Positions 36,483-50,204 of a stretch of DNA of 64,000 nt are shown here, piece by piece. Each line of letters opens with the position of its first letter. The first letter of the stretch is position 1. The stretch is from an uncultured Planctomycetaceae bacterium (GTDB lineage Bacteria; Planctomycetota; Planctomycetia; Planctomycetales; Planctomycetaceae). A program made the translations under genes and the position numbers. Where the stretch lies: NCBI GenBank assembly GCA_963815195.1, contig CAWFGE010000012.1, positions 512,001-576,000 of the forward strand, read 5' to 3'. Below the pieces are notes generated by a model, which saw only the letters and a list, made by a program, of their open reading frames with translations, was not told where the DNA came from and ran no database searches.

Positions 36483-36671
36483 CCGACTGGATTATTTGGG
36501 TGCCACTGACCGCTTGTTTGCCAGTGCTTATATCACGTGAGCCATCCAAATTCCGCCCAACACTGACAACACGTTGCCATTGGCAGCCGATCACTCATCC
36601 TGAACTGCCATTCGTTACGGGAGGCGGGAATCTTAGCCGAAACGCACCTTTTTCGCAGACCAGCGCGTATC

Positions 36672-37937
<1,266 letters not shown>

Positions 37938-37955
37938 TCCGAAAACAGACCGCTC

Positions 37956-38380
37956 CTACTCTCCCGCTTTCTTTTTCGGAACGACGAAGGACTTCTCGGT
38001 GTCTTCTTTAGGGAAATCGAAGGAGGTTTCATAAGGCGAGAACAGCGGCTGCCCGTCCGGAAGGACTTCGCCTTCCATTTTCGTTTCCACGCCGTCGAAG
38101 CCGGTGATCTTGACGCGATGAGGTCCTCCGACGATCCCTTTGCCGGGGGGCGTCTCGTATTCGCCTTCGACAATGGGAGCGCCCGAGCCTGGCCCCTGAT
38201 TGCCTTGGGAGTCGTCGGGTTCAAAGAGGATAAAGCCTTTGGGAATGGGCCGGCCATCGTACGTGGCATTGCCGCTGACATGGTAACGATCGGGGCCGTC
38301 GTTGGCCGCGCCGCAACCGTAAATCCACACGATCAACACAGCCCCGGCGAGCCAGGGAACGAGGCTGCGATTTTGGGACA

Positions 38381-38384
<4 letters not shown>
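37956..38384 (-). CDS. DUF1559-associated lipoprotein
   Basis: YGCG lipobox; VSGNATYDGRPIPKGFILFEP..GPHRVKI. Confidence 0.8.
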
Positions 38385-39289
<905 letters not shown>

Positions 39290-39591
39290 CGACGAGTCCT
39301 GTTGGAAAGCGACAACAATACAAACAAAAAAAAGGGCAACCCTATCGAGAAACCCCGTTCGGAACGAAAAGTTCCGCGCGGAGACGCATGTTCCAGAGAA
39401 ATCTCGCCAATTTCTCAACACATAAAGCGTTTGAGCCACGCGGGTTGGGCCGCACCAACGTCGCGGCGGCATCTTGCCGGGTCGATCCATCTCGGGAACG
39501 AGAAGCCGTTACGGAAGATGTGCGCCTCGGGATGAAGTCTCACACTCAATCGCGACGTTTGTGAGACAGGCCGCCTTTCGGATTTGAAACG

Positions 39592-39948
39592 CTATTCGGT
39601 CGTCTCTTCCGGGTTGGCGGCCGGTCCGCGGGGTTGGGGGTCCGGGACGTGGACTTGGATCTCGTCGCCGACGACTCGAACTTCGTACGCGTCGGTTTTC
39701 ACGCGGGGATTGTCCAGCCAGGTGCCGTCGCTCACGCAGAACCGCCAGGCGTGCCAGGGGCAATAGACCGCGTCGCCTTCCAGGCTTCCCGCCGAGAGCG
39801 ACGCCCCCATGTGCGGGCAGGTGTCGTTGATGGCCTTGTAACCGCCCGCCAAATGAAACACGCCGACCATCCGCCCGTTGACGGCATAGGACCGGCCTTC
39901 GCCCAAGGGAATCTCGCCCACCTTGGCCACGGTTTCAAAATCCGACAT
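39592..39948 (-). CDS. Rieske 2Fe-2S ferredoxin (NirD-like)
   Basis: CPHMGASL..CPWHAWRF. Confidence 0.9.
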   Translation of the reverse strand: MSDFETVAKVGEIPLGEGRSYAVNGRMVGVFHLAGGYKAINDTCPHMGASLSAGSLEGDAVYCPWHAWRFCVSDGTWLDNPRVKTDAYEVRVVGDEIQVHVPDPQPRGPAANPEETTE

Positions 39949-39998
39949 CGACAATCCTTCTGGATCAGTTTTTTGTTTCGACAGAGCCTCCGAAACTT

Positions 39999-41138
39999 TT
40001 ACCTTAGTTCTTCGGCAATCGTGGGACAACTCCTGCCGATCCGCCTTGGCGGTTCGTGGTGTCGACCCACCGGATTGGGCGTGGCGATCGCGGCGACAAT
40101 GCCCTTCGTTCCACAGTGTTGACGGTTCGTGACCTCGACCAGACGGGCCAAGAGTTCGGTCGTTTTGCCTTGGTCGATCGCTTCCACGGCCGCTTTAACG
40201 CCTTGCTCCAACGTTTCCAGGTGTTCCGAGACCACGAGGGCGGCGGCGGCGTTGGCGAGCACGATGTCCCGCGGCGGTCCGGTTTCTCCTGCCAGGACGC
40301 TTCGAATCAGCGCGGCACTTTCCGACGCGGAGCTCACTTGCAGATCCTCCACCCGGCAAGGGGCGAGGCCGAGGTCGGCGGGCGTCCAAGTTTCCTCGGT
40401 GACGATGTTGTACTCGACGCGAAACGCGGAGGTCTCACCCCAGAGGCTGACTTCGTCGAGCTGATCCGCCCCGCAGACGACGAAGGCCCGCTTGCGGCCG
40501 AGTTCCGCGAGAGCCCAGGCCAATTTCTCGGCGGTGTGCCTGGTGGCGGATCCCAAAAGCTGATACTCCGCCCCCGCGGGATTCGTGAGCGGGCCGAGCA
40601 GATTGAACAGCGTGCGAAATCCCAAAACCTTCCGGACAGGCATCGCGTGTTTCATTGAAGCATGGCACAGCGGGGCGAAGCAAAACCCGATGCCCAACTC
40701 ATCGACAGAGCGGCCGACTTGTTCCGGCGTGAGTTGCACGTTCACGCCCAGCGCTTCCAGCACGTCGGCCGAGCCGCTGGAACTGGACACGCTGCGGTTG
40801 CCGTGCTTGGCGACCGGGACGCCCGCCGAGGCGGCGACCAACGCGGCGGCGGTGCTGATGTTGAACGTGTGGAGTTCGTCGCCGCCGGTGCCGCAGGTGT
40901 CGAGCAAACCCCGGCGTGTCGTGGGGATGCGCGCAGCGCAGGCGATCATCGCCCGGGCCGCCCCGACGATTTCCGAAACCGCTTCGCCCTTCACCCGGAG
41001 CGCTGCAAGCAACGCCGCGAGCAGCCGGTCGTCCGCTTCGCCGCGCATGACTTCGCTCACCGCGGCTTCCATCAATTCCGCGGGAACGTCCCGGCCCTTC
41101 ACGGCGAACGAAACCGCTTGCCCTATCGAGCTCGTCAT
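39999..41138 (-). CDS. trpD: anthranilate phosphoribosyltransferase
   Basis: DTCGTGGD..FNIST..KHGNRSVSSSSGSAD..RTLFNLLGPLTNP. Confidence 0.95.
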   Translation of the reverse strand: MTSSIGQAVSFAVKGRDVPAELMEAAVSEVMRGEADDRLLAALLAALRVKGEAVSEIVGAARAMIACAARIPTTRRGLLDTCGTGGDELHTFNISTAAALVAASAGVPVAKHGNRSVSSSSGSADVLEALGVNVQLTPEQVGRSVDELGIGFCFAPLCHASMKHAMPVRKVLGFRTLFNLLGPLTNPAGAEYQLLGSATRHTAEKLAWALAELGRKRAFVVCGADQLDEVSLWGETSAFRVEYNIVTEETWTPADLGLAPCRVEDLQVSSASESAALIRSVLAGETGPPRDIVLANAAAALVVSEHLETLEQGVKAAVEAIDQGKTTELLARLVEVTNRQHCGTKGIVAAIATPNPVGRHHEPPRRIGRSCPTIAEELR

Positions 41139-41160
41139 AGACACCTGCCTCGATTTGACA

Positions 41161-41302
41161 AAAGGCGAGCGGGAGGCGTAAGCCTCCTGGTCACCCACAT
41201 CAACCAAAAAACGTCACGAAACCGGTGATCACGCCTCCGGTTCAATCCACGTCGGTCCAAAACTCCACGAAACCGGGAGGCTTACGCCTCCCGCTCGCCT
41301 TG
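41161..41302. repeat. inverted pair of REP-like palindromes
   Basis: AAGGCGAGCGGGAGGCGTAAGCCTCC(T)GGT and its reverse complement at 41272-41302; a related pair lies at ~32036-32120. Confidence 0.75.
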
Positions 41303-41403
41303 ATCTCTCGAACTTCAAACGATGCCCTGCCGCCCTTCGCATGTTAGAATGCCCGGTTCACAATGAAAACCGAACGGGGCCATTGGCCGAAGTGGGAGCC
41401 GTT

Positions 41404-42060
41404 ATGGACTTCTCTCATATCAACATCATGTTAGGTTCGCGGTCGCCGCGGCGGTTGGGGCTGTTGGGGGAGATTGTACCCGCCGAGCGGATCAGCGTTT
41501 GCCCGCCGAGGACCGCGGAGGAAGCGGGATTCGAGGGGCTTTCGACTTGGGCGGAGATTGAAGCACGCCTCTTGCACATTGCCCGCGAGAAATGTGAGGA
41601 CGTGCTCGCACAACTTGCGGGGCAGCCGACGAAAGAATCCGCGGAAAGGATCTTAGTGCTCACCGCGGACACGGTGATTGTCGCGGGCGAGAAAGATCGG
41701 CCTTTGGTGCTCGGGCAGCCGCCGGAACCTGATTGGCGGGACACGGTGCGGATGTGGTTCGAGGAATACCTTCTGGGCAAAACGCACCGGGCGGCGTCGG
41801 CGGTGTGCCTCGCGGATTTGCCCGGGAATCGGCGGGAACGCGTGGCGGTCTCCGAGGTCACGTTTTCCGCGGATGCCTCCGGGATTTTGGAATGGTATCT
41901 CGACACGGGGGAACCGCAAGGCAAAGCCGGGGGTTACGGAATCCAAGGGGCCGGCAGCGTGTTTGTTTCCGAACTCAAAGGCAGTTTGAGCAACGTGATC
42001 GGCCTGCCTCTGCGGGATGTGCTGGAAATGTTGGAGGAACTCGCCGGGCTCTCGCGTTAA
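41404..42060 (+). CDS. maf: Maf-family nucleotide pyrophosphatase
   Basis: LGSRSPRR, LTADTVI, GKAGGYGIQG, SNVIGLPL. Confidence 0.92.
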   Translation: MDFSHINIMLGSRSPRRLGLLGEIVPAERISVCPPRTAEEAGFEGLSTWAEIEARLLHIAREKCEDVLAQLAGQPTKESAERILVLTADTVIVAGEKDRPLVLGQPPEPDWRDTVRMWFEEYLLGKTHRAASAVCLADLPGNRRERVAVSEVTFSADASGILEWYLDTGEPQGKAGGYGIQGAGSVFVSELKGSLSNVIGLPLRDVLEMLEELAGLSR

Positions 42061-42250
42061 GACCGAGTTTGCAAATCGACCGGCGGCTAGTGCCGTTCCG
42101 CTCACGCGCGGATCGGCCGATGTTTTCCATTGAACGGACCCCGCTCCCGGTTTAGGATGACGAAGTCCTTTCGGTGCTTTTCATTTCCCTTGGCACCCGG
42201 CATTCAAACTCAGGCGACTCTCTTTTTTTCATTTTTGCGGAGAGAGAAAT

Positions 42251-43150
42251 ATGGAATCCAATCCGGCTCGCTACTATCGGCCCTCCGGGGCGGTGCCCGT
42301 TGTGGGTACGATTATGATGCAGTTGTTCGGCGCGGCCGCCGCCTTTATGCTGGGCGGCCTGTACGCGGCGGCGGATCTCTACAGTCCGTCTGTGTGGTTG
42401 ACGGGATTCGCCGTGTTCTTTTTTGGAGCGGGCGTGGGTTTCGCCGTCCGCGTCGGCGCCAAAATCGGCAAAGTCCGCAATCACGGATTTGTGCTCCTCC
42501 TCGGCCTCGTGATCGGCTTGCTTGCCGTCTATGTTGCCTGGGTGATCTACATTCACCTGTTCTTTCGCCGGCTGAACGTGCCGGGAATTTGGGCATGGTC
42601 TCCCGGGCAGATTCTCGTCATCATGAAGACGTTTGCGGCCAACGGAATTTGGTCCATGAAATCCTGGACGCCCACCGGCTGGGCGCTTTATGCGTTTTGG
42701 ATTGCCGAGGCGCTGTGTGTGGTGTTGCTTTCCGTCGCGGTCGCGGCGTCGGATGAAACGCCTTACTGCGATTACTGCGGCGTGTGGACGAAAAAGCAAA
42801 AGGACGTGGCGAGTTTCGCCCTCGCGGATCCCGAACACTTGAAAACGGAATTGGAAGAGGAACGCTACGAACTCCTCGACAAACTCCACAGTCAGCCGGC
42901 GCATCCGAAAAACTGCCTGAAAGCGAGCATCCACTGCTGCCCGCGCTGCGAAGATTCGGACTTCTTGACGGTCTCGCATTCCGTGGTGACGGTGGACGGC
43001 GACGGCAAGGAATCCACCAACGAAACCGCCCTGGTCAAGCAGTTGCGGGTGCCGCGCGACGTTGCGGAACATCTCGTCGAATTAGGCCAGTTACCGAACG
43101 TTCCCTTGGAGGACTCGGCCTCCGCTCCGGAAGACGAGATGACGATTTGA
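42251..43150 (+). CDS. hypothetical membrane protein with Cys pairs
   Basis: 4 TM segments; CDYC and CPRC. Confidence 0.75.
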   Translation: MESNPARYYRPSGAVPVVGTIMMQLFGAAAAFMLGGLYAAADLYSPSVWLTGFAVFFFGAGVGFAVRVGAKIGKVRNHGFVLLLGLVIGLLAVYVAWVIYIHLFFRRLNVPGIWAWSPGQILVIMKTFAANGIWSMKSWTPTGWALYAFWIAEALCVVLLSVAVAASDETPYCDYCGVWTKKQKDVASFALADPEHLKTELEEERYELLDKLHSQPAHPKNCLKASIHCCPRCEDSDFLTVSHSVVTVDGDGKESTNETALVKQLRVPRDVAEHLVELGQLPNVPLEDSASAPEDEMTI

Positions 43151-43178
43151 AGGTGCCGAGCCGAGCGGAGGAAATCCG

Positions 43179-43718
43179 ATGATCGCGCAATTTGGCGTGT
43201 GCCGGTTGGAGTTGGTGCAGGGCGACATCACCGAGCAAGAGGTGGATGCCGTCGTCAACGCGGCCAATCAAAAGCTCGCGGGCGGCGGCGGCGTGGACGG
43301 GGCGGTTCACCGCGCGGGCGGGCCGACGCTCATGCAGGAAACCGACGAGCACTATCCCGACGGTTGCCCCACCGGGAGCGCGGTGGCGACCTCGGCGGGG
43401 AAACTTCCCGCGAAATATGTGTTCCATGCCGTGGGCCCCTGGTGGAACGGCGGGCACAAAGGCGAGCGGGATCTGCTCAAGTCCGCGTACCTGACGTGCC
43501 TGGATTTGGCCGTCCAGCACCAATGCAAATCGATCGCCTTCCCCGCCATCAGCACGGGGGTGTACCGTTATCCTTTGGACTTGGCCGCCGAGGATTCCTT
43601 GTCCGTGACGCGCGATTTTCTGCTCGAACATCAACAGCCGGCGCTCGTGCGGTTTGTGCTCTTCGGCGAAGGGGCCTACGGAGCCTTTGCCCGCGTCTTG
43701 GAAACCATGACGGAATAA
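43179..43718 (+). CDS. macro domain O-acetyl-ADP-ribose deacetylase (YmdB-like)
   Basis: GDIT..VNAAN..GGGGVDGAVH..FPAISTGVY. Confidence 0.93.
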   Translation: MIAQFGVCRLELVQGDITEQEVDAVVNAANQKLAGGGGVDGAVHRAGGPTLMQETDEHYPDGCPTGSAVATSAGKLPAKYVFHAVGPWWNGGHKGERDLLKSAYLTCLDLAVQHQCKSIAFPAISTGVYRYPLDLAAEDSLSVTRDFLLEHQQPALVRFVLFGEGAYGAFARVLETMTE

Positions 43719-44623
43719 TGGCGGAACCCCTGGCTCAAACCCTCCTCGATAAAATCGGCATCAGGCCGCCCGGGCATTCTTTTTATACCGCTTCGGACGG
43801 CTACCGCTTGCACTATCGGCACTGGCAGCCGAACGGAACGCCCCGCGGGTATGTCGTCGCAGTGCATGGTATTCAGAGCCACTCGGGATGGTACGAGTAT
43901 TCGAGTGGCCGGATGCGTTCCGCGGGGTATGAGGTGCGGTTTCTGGATCGGCGGGGTTCGGGAGAGAATTCCCCAGACCGCGGCCACGCAGCGCACCCGG
44001 AGCGTTTGATCCACGATGTCACGCAGGTGCTGGCGGACGTGTGTTGGGAGCGAGATCACAAAACGCCCAAGGCTCCGGTCATCTTGCTGGGCGTGAGCTG
44101 GGGCGGAAAGCTGGCAGCCGCCACCGCCGCCCGCCGGCCGGACCTTGTGGACGGATTGGCGTTATTGTATCCGGGTTTGCGCAGCCGGGTCGGGCCGCGG
44201 TTTTATCAGCGCTGGCTGTTGGATTTGGGAATCCACTTGGGACAAGACCGCAAGCTCGTGCGGATTCCGCTCGATGATCCCGCGCTGTTTACGGGCGTCT
44301 CCGCGTGGCAGGATTTCATTCGGCAGGACCCTTTGGCCCTCCACGAGGCCACGCTGTCATTTCTGAAGGCGAGTCTTTTATTAGATCAAGAACTCGATCG
44401 ATTGGCCGAGGGGGTTTCGCAGGCGACGTTGGTGATGCTCGCGGGCCGGGATCAGATCATCGACAACCGGGCCACGCGCCGGTTGTTGGATCGCTGGGGA
44501 TCGCCGCATTTGGCGGTCAAGGAGTATCCCGAGGCCCGGCACACACTGGAATTCGAACCCGGCCGCGAGGCGATTTTTTCGGACCTGATCGCCTGGCTTC
44601 AAACGGTTCCGCGGCATGGATGA
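43718..44623 (+). CDS. alpha/beta hydrolase (lysophospholipase-like)
   Basis: HGIQSHSGWY, DRRGSG, GVSWGG. Confidence 0.9.
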   Translation: MAEPLAQTLLDKIGIRPPGHSFYTASDGYRLHYRHWQPNGTPRGYVVAVHGIQSHSGWYEYSSGRMRSAGYEVRFLDRRGSGENSPDRGHAAHPERLIHDVTQVLADVCWERDHKTPKAPVILLGVSWGGKLAAATAARRPDLVDGLALLYPGLRSRVGPRFYQRWLLDLGIHLGQDRKLVRIPLDDPALFTGVSAWQDFIRQDPLALHEATLSFLKASLLLDQELDRLAEGVSQATLVMLAGRDQIIDNRATRRLLDRWGSPHLAVKEYPEARHTLEFEPGREAIFSDLIAWLQTVPRHG

Positions 44624-44787
44624 ACATTTTTTGTCCAGGCCGGTTGGGATTTTCGCCACGGCCTTTGACCTGATAAACTTTAGTGAGCCGCACGTTGCGA
44701 AATTTCGCCCCGTCGAGCCGTGGGAATGCGGGTTGCATGAGGCGTCGGGCGGATCCATTCTCTTCCCCCAAACAGGAGCCCATCCCC

Positions 44788-45705
44788 ATGTTTCGTTTTG
44801 CCCTGCCGATACTGGCCGTCCTCATGTCGTGGACCGTCAGCCCGGCCCAGGATCAGACCGCGAAGTCCGAAACCAAAAAACCCGCAAAGCCGGTGCCCCT
44901 CAACAAACAGGGAACGATCCTGCTGGACGCGGCGAACAAGAAGGTGATCCTCAAAACCCAAGTGGTTCTGCGGGACGGGTTTTTGGAGATGTTTTTGTGC
45001 CGGAAGCACACCAAGGAGCACGAGTCCGTTCTCGCAATCGACGGGCGGGCGTTGGATATTCATACGGGCCTGTTGGCGATCGGGGCGGAACCGGGGCACC
45101 CCATGATCTACAAAGATGAAAAATACACCCCGCCCACGGGTCAGAAGCTCAAGATCATCGTCAAATGGGAAGACAAGGAAGGCAAGCCGCACGAAGCGAA
45201 CGCCAAGACGTGGATCCGCTCCGCGACCCGGCGGTATTTCGTGGAGAACCTGGACAGCCTGCCGGCCGGGGTGAAGATTCCCGAAAACAGCGATATGCGC
45301 TACGACAAGAAGTTCAAGGAGCTCGCGTGGTTCGGTCCCATGACGGAGAATCAGCGGGATTTTTGGCTGAAGAAATCGGATGACAAGGCGTTTCAGAAAG
45401 TCGTCAAGTCGATCTACAAACGCACGCAGCCGCACGAGATGACCGCCGATTGGGTGTTCGCCGGCAGCGGGTTTTACGTGGAGACCGAAGGCCCGGACAA
45501 GGGAAAGAAGTATTACAAAGCCGAGGGCGGCGATGTGATCTGCGTGGCGAACTTTCCGACGGCGATGATCGATGTGAACGAGGAAAGCACGTCCAGCGGC
45601 GAAGCCAATCTGGTCTACGAAACCTGGACGGAGCGGATCCCGCCGTTGGAAACGCCGGTGACCGTGGAAATCTCCCCTATCGCCGAAAAGAAAAAGACCC
45701 CCTAG
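44788..45705 (+). CDS. secreted YdjY-like domain protein
   Basis: LEMFLC..TKEHESVL..WVFAGSGF..ICVANF. Confidence 0.7.
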   Translation: MFRFALPILAVLMSWTVSPAQDQTAKSETKKPAKPVPLNKQGTILLDAANKKVILKTQVVLRDGFLEMFLCRKHTKEHESVLAIDGRALDIHTGLLAIGAEPGHPMIYKDEKYTPPTGQKLKIIVKWEDKEGKPHEANAKTWIRSATRRYFVENLDSLPAGVKIPENSDMRYDKKFKELAWFGPMTENQRDFWLKKSDDKAFQKVVKSIYKRTQPHEMTADWVFAGSGFYVETEGPDKGKKYYKAEGGDVICVANFPTAMIDVNEESTSSGEANLVYETWTERIPPLETPVTVEISPIAEKKKTP

Positions 45706-45788
45706 GCCGCCGAGATGGTGCCCGCCTAGAATTAGAGAAACGATGAATTAGAATTCGATGGCGGTTTTCGCCGTTTCTCCTCGAACGT

Positions 45789-46382
45789 GTGGCCCTGACG
45801 ATGATGGATGCGCTGACAAATCGGGCTCCAAACACCGCGGGCGGTTTCGCCTTGCGGTACTTTCACGTCCTGGTTCTGGTGTTTGTGGCGGCCGGGGGCT
45901 TGGGAGCCGGGCTGATTTATTTGCTGCCGGCGTTCGCGGCCCCGGCGACGTTTTCGCTGCCCGGGGCGTTTTGGATCAGCAGCGGATTTCTCGGCGTGAG
46001 CAGCTTGATGCAGCACCGCTCGATCCTCGCCGTCCGCCTGGAGCGGCAGCGGATCTTCCGCCGGCGGTTGCTGCTCGCCCTCGTCGCGGGCATCGGCTTT
46101 GTCGCCGTCCAAAGCTACGGGTTGTGGTGCCTGCTCCAATTCCAACCCCGCACCGCCCAGGCGGTCTCCACGGGGCCGGAGGCCTTTGTGTTCGTGCTGA
46201 CGATGCTCCACGGCATGCATGTGACCATCGCCCTCATGTTCTTGACCTACGTGTTTCTGAAAAGCCTCACCTATCGCTACGACCACGAGTATTATTGGGG
46301 CGTGACGTTCTGCTCGTGGTTCTGGCACGGGTTGGGAATGGTGTGGCTGGCGATTCTCGCCGTGTTTTTGATCGCGATTTGA
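45789..46382 (+). CDS. cytochrome c oxidase subunit III-like protein
   Basis: LTMLHGMHV..WFWHGLGMVW. Confidence 0.8.
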   Translation: MALTMMDALTNRAPNTAGGFALRYFHVLVLVFVAAGGLGAGLIYLLPAFAAPATFSLPGAFWISSGFLGVSSLMQHRSILAVRLERQRIFRRRLLLALVAGIGFVAVQSYGLWCLLQFQPRTAQAVSTGPEAFVFVLTMLHGMHVTIALMFLTYVFLKSLTYRYDHEYYWGVTFCSWFWHGLGMVWLAILAVFLIAI

Positions 46383-46425
46383 GCGGGCCCAGGCTCGCGA
46401 TTCCCAAACGACAGGCGGGCCAACG

Positions 46426-47175
46426 ATGTGGGTTTATGCGGCGATCGTGTTCTCCGCCTTCGCTTTGGCGGCGTTAGTCTATCGATACGATCTTTATGAC
46501 AAAGAACCCTGGCCTTTGCTGCTGTTGGTGTTTTTCGCCGGGATGCTGAGCGGTTGGGCGGCCGGGCGGCTGGAAGACGCCGCCCTCCTCTATTTGGGCC
46601 AGCGCGGCGAATCCGTGGCGGTGCAGGCGGCCTTGGCTTCGCTCACAGAAGAATCGTTAAAACTCCTGGTGGTGCTGGCGGTGGCGTTTTTGTTCCGCCG
46701 GGAGTTCAACGATCCCTTGGACGGCTTGATCTACGGAGCGTTCGCCGGGCTGGGGGCGGCCGTCGAGGAATCCTGGTTCTACGTTGCGCTTTCCGACGAC
46801 TTGCCATTCGCCCTCGTGGGAACGGAAATCATCCGCTTGATTTTGCACGTGTTCTTGGGGGGCCTGGCCGGATTGGGCGTCGGCCTGGTGCGGTTTCGCA
46901 TTCCCTATTGGCCGGCGATTTTTCTCGGGGCGCTCGCGGCCGATCTGCTGATTCACTTTGCTTGGGATTCGCTGTGCGGCATCCCGGCGATGTCCGGGGA
47001 AGCGATGCTCGTTCAGCGAATCATCGCCATCGGCTTGATGCTCGCCGGCTTGGGCGTGTTTGGGCTGTCGGTGTTTTGGGGCAGCCGCTGGTCCCGCGCC
47101 GTTTTTGCCCCCCGCAGTTCGAAACGGCTTTGGGGTTGGCCGTTCTCCCTGATCTTCGGATCCAAACCGGACTGA
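46426..47175 (+). CDS. PrsW-family intramembrane protease
   Basis: DLYDKEP, EESLK, PLDGLIYG..GLGAAVEE, H motifs. Confidence 0.85.
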   Translation: MWVYAAIVFSAFALAALVYRYDLYDKEPWPLLLLVFFAGMLSGWAAGRLEDAALLYLGQRGESVAVQAALASLTEESLKLLVVLAVAFLFRREFNDPLDGLIYGAFAGLGAAVEESWFYVALSDDLPFALVGTEIIRLILHVFLGGLAGLGVGLVRFRIPYWPAIFLGALAADLLIHFAWDSLCGIPAMSGEAMLVQRIIAIGLMLAGLGVFGLSVFWGSRWSRAVFAPRSSKRLWGWPFSLIFGSKPD

Positions 47176-47184
47176 AGCATTCCG

Positions 47185-47817
47185 TCACTGGAGAACGTAC
47201 GTGTCCAAAAGGTCGTCGAGCACCTCCTCGGTCAACTCGTGGCCGTCCTGGAGCGGAAACCCTTCCCAGCGGACGATTCCCCAGGGATCGACCAAAATCA
47301 CGTGCGGGATATTTCGGATCTCCAGGGCGTTTGCCATCCGCCGCTTGGGATCGACGGCGACGAAATAATGCATCTTCGCCCCCCGGTGTTCGCGGACCGT
47401 ATCGGCCGGTTCGTCGCTCACGCCGACGACCACCAACCGATCCTTGTGCTTGCGGTGGAACTGGTTGAGCTTGGGAATCGCCTCGAGGCACGGCCCGCAC
47501 CAGGTGGCCCAGAAATCGATCAACACCATTTTCCCTTCGCGGTCCGGCTGTTTGGTGAGCCATTCTTCCACCACAAATTCCGGGGCGGGCTTGTTGATGA
47601 AGGATTTCGCAAACAGCCGCTTCACCGGCACCTCGGCATCCGGCAGCGACGGCGGCGGCGTTTTGAACCGCGGCACGATCTCCACCCCTGCCTCGGCCGC
47701 TGCATGCTCCTCCTGCGAAGCCGAAGATTTATTCGCGGACGGTTCGACGGAATCGGAACCGCACCCGACGAACGCCGTCATGAAAATCAATCCCATCACG
47801 TAGATGACTCGTCGCAT
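47185..47817 (-). CDS. TlpA-family thiol:disulfide lipoprotein
   Basis: DFWATWCGPC; VGCG lipobox. Confidence 0.88.
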   Translation of the reverse strand: MRRVIYVMGLIFMTAFVGCGSDSVEPSANKSSASQEEHAAAEAGVEIVPRFKTPPPSLPDAEVPVKRLFAKSFINKPAPEFVVEEWLTKQPDREGKMVLIDFWATWCGPCLEAIPKLNQFHRKHKDRLVVVGVSDEPADTVREHRGAKMHYFVAVDPKRRMANALEIRNIPHVILVDPWGIVRWEGFPLQDGHELTEEVLDDLLDTYVLQ

Positions 47818-47855
47818 CGTCGCCGGCTCCGGTTCACAAAACTTGCCCATCCCCA

Positions 47856-49298
<1,443 letters not shown>

Positions 49299-49492
49299 TG
49301 GAAAGCCCTCTGAGAAAAACCGACGTTCAATCCCCCAATCAGCATACCAGCAGGCCGGCGCGGGGAACAGACAACGCGATCAGTCGGAACGCGTTAGCGT
49401 TGCATCAAACCAAAAACTTGGGGTTGAAAAAATCAGCCGCAGGGCGCTAGCCCCGGTTTTCGGTGCGCGAACCGGAGGCTTGCGCGTTCCGC

Positions 49493-50026
49493 CTATTTCG
49501 CTTCGTCATCGGAAGGCGGGATCAAGAGATCCTCGATGCGGATCCGGATTGGCAAAACCGGGCGGCCGGGGACGGTGACGGTGGGATCGCTGGGCGGGTT
49601 GGAAATCAAGTCGCCCGCGAGATTCGCGAGTTTTTCGTTGTTCGCTTTCAAAAACAATTCCCGGACGCGGCGGGCATGGCGGACGACGCCCGCGGGATTG
49701 CCTTCGCGGGCTTTGACGCCAGCCGCCGACAGGCGGATTAAACCTTTCAGAAAATCGGCGAGGCAGCCCACGCGGCCGCACGCATGCCAGAGGCCTTCCC
49801 AGACTTCGTGGGCTTCCCAATAGTAGCCGCGATTGAACAAATCCACGCCGAAGCGAAAATCGGCATGCCCGGCGAGCGGCTCGGCCCCGGGCACAAAATC
49901 CGCGTGCTCGCGCCGGCCGACGCTGTGGCCCGCCGGATCGCTTACGGGGTGCGGGTGTTGTCCCGGCACGTAAGCATAGGGCGGAAACGGGATTTCGGGA
50001 GCGTAGCGCGGCACGGTTTCGGTCAT
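49493..50026 (-). CDS. DUF309 domain protein
   Basis: LFNRGYYWEAHEVWEGLW..LKGLI. Confidence 0.85.
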   Translation of the reverse strand: MTETVPRYAPEIPFPPYAYVPGQHPHPVSDPAGHSVGRREHADFVPGAEPLAGHADFRFGVDLFNRGYYWEAHEVWEGLWHACGRVGCLADFLKGLIRLSAAGVKAREGNPAGVVRHARRVRELFLKANNEKLANLAGDLISNPPSDPTVTVPGRPVLPIRIRIEDLLIPPSDDEAK

Positions 50027-50204
50027 GGCGATGTTGTTCCGTTCTTCCCGATAATCAGTGCAACGACGATGGTGTTAAAATATCTTGTCCGCACTCGTTC
50101 ACCTCCCCCAAGGGCCCAAAGGGGAGGTGAAATCCATCATTCATTGATCATCACACAAAAAGATCATCCGCGTCCACCGCCTCCCAATTCGCCTGAAGGG
50201 CCTT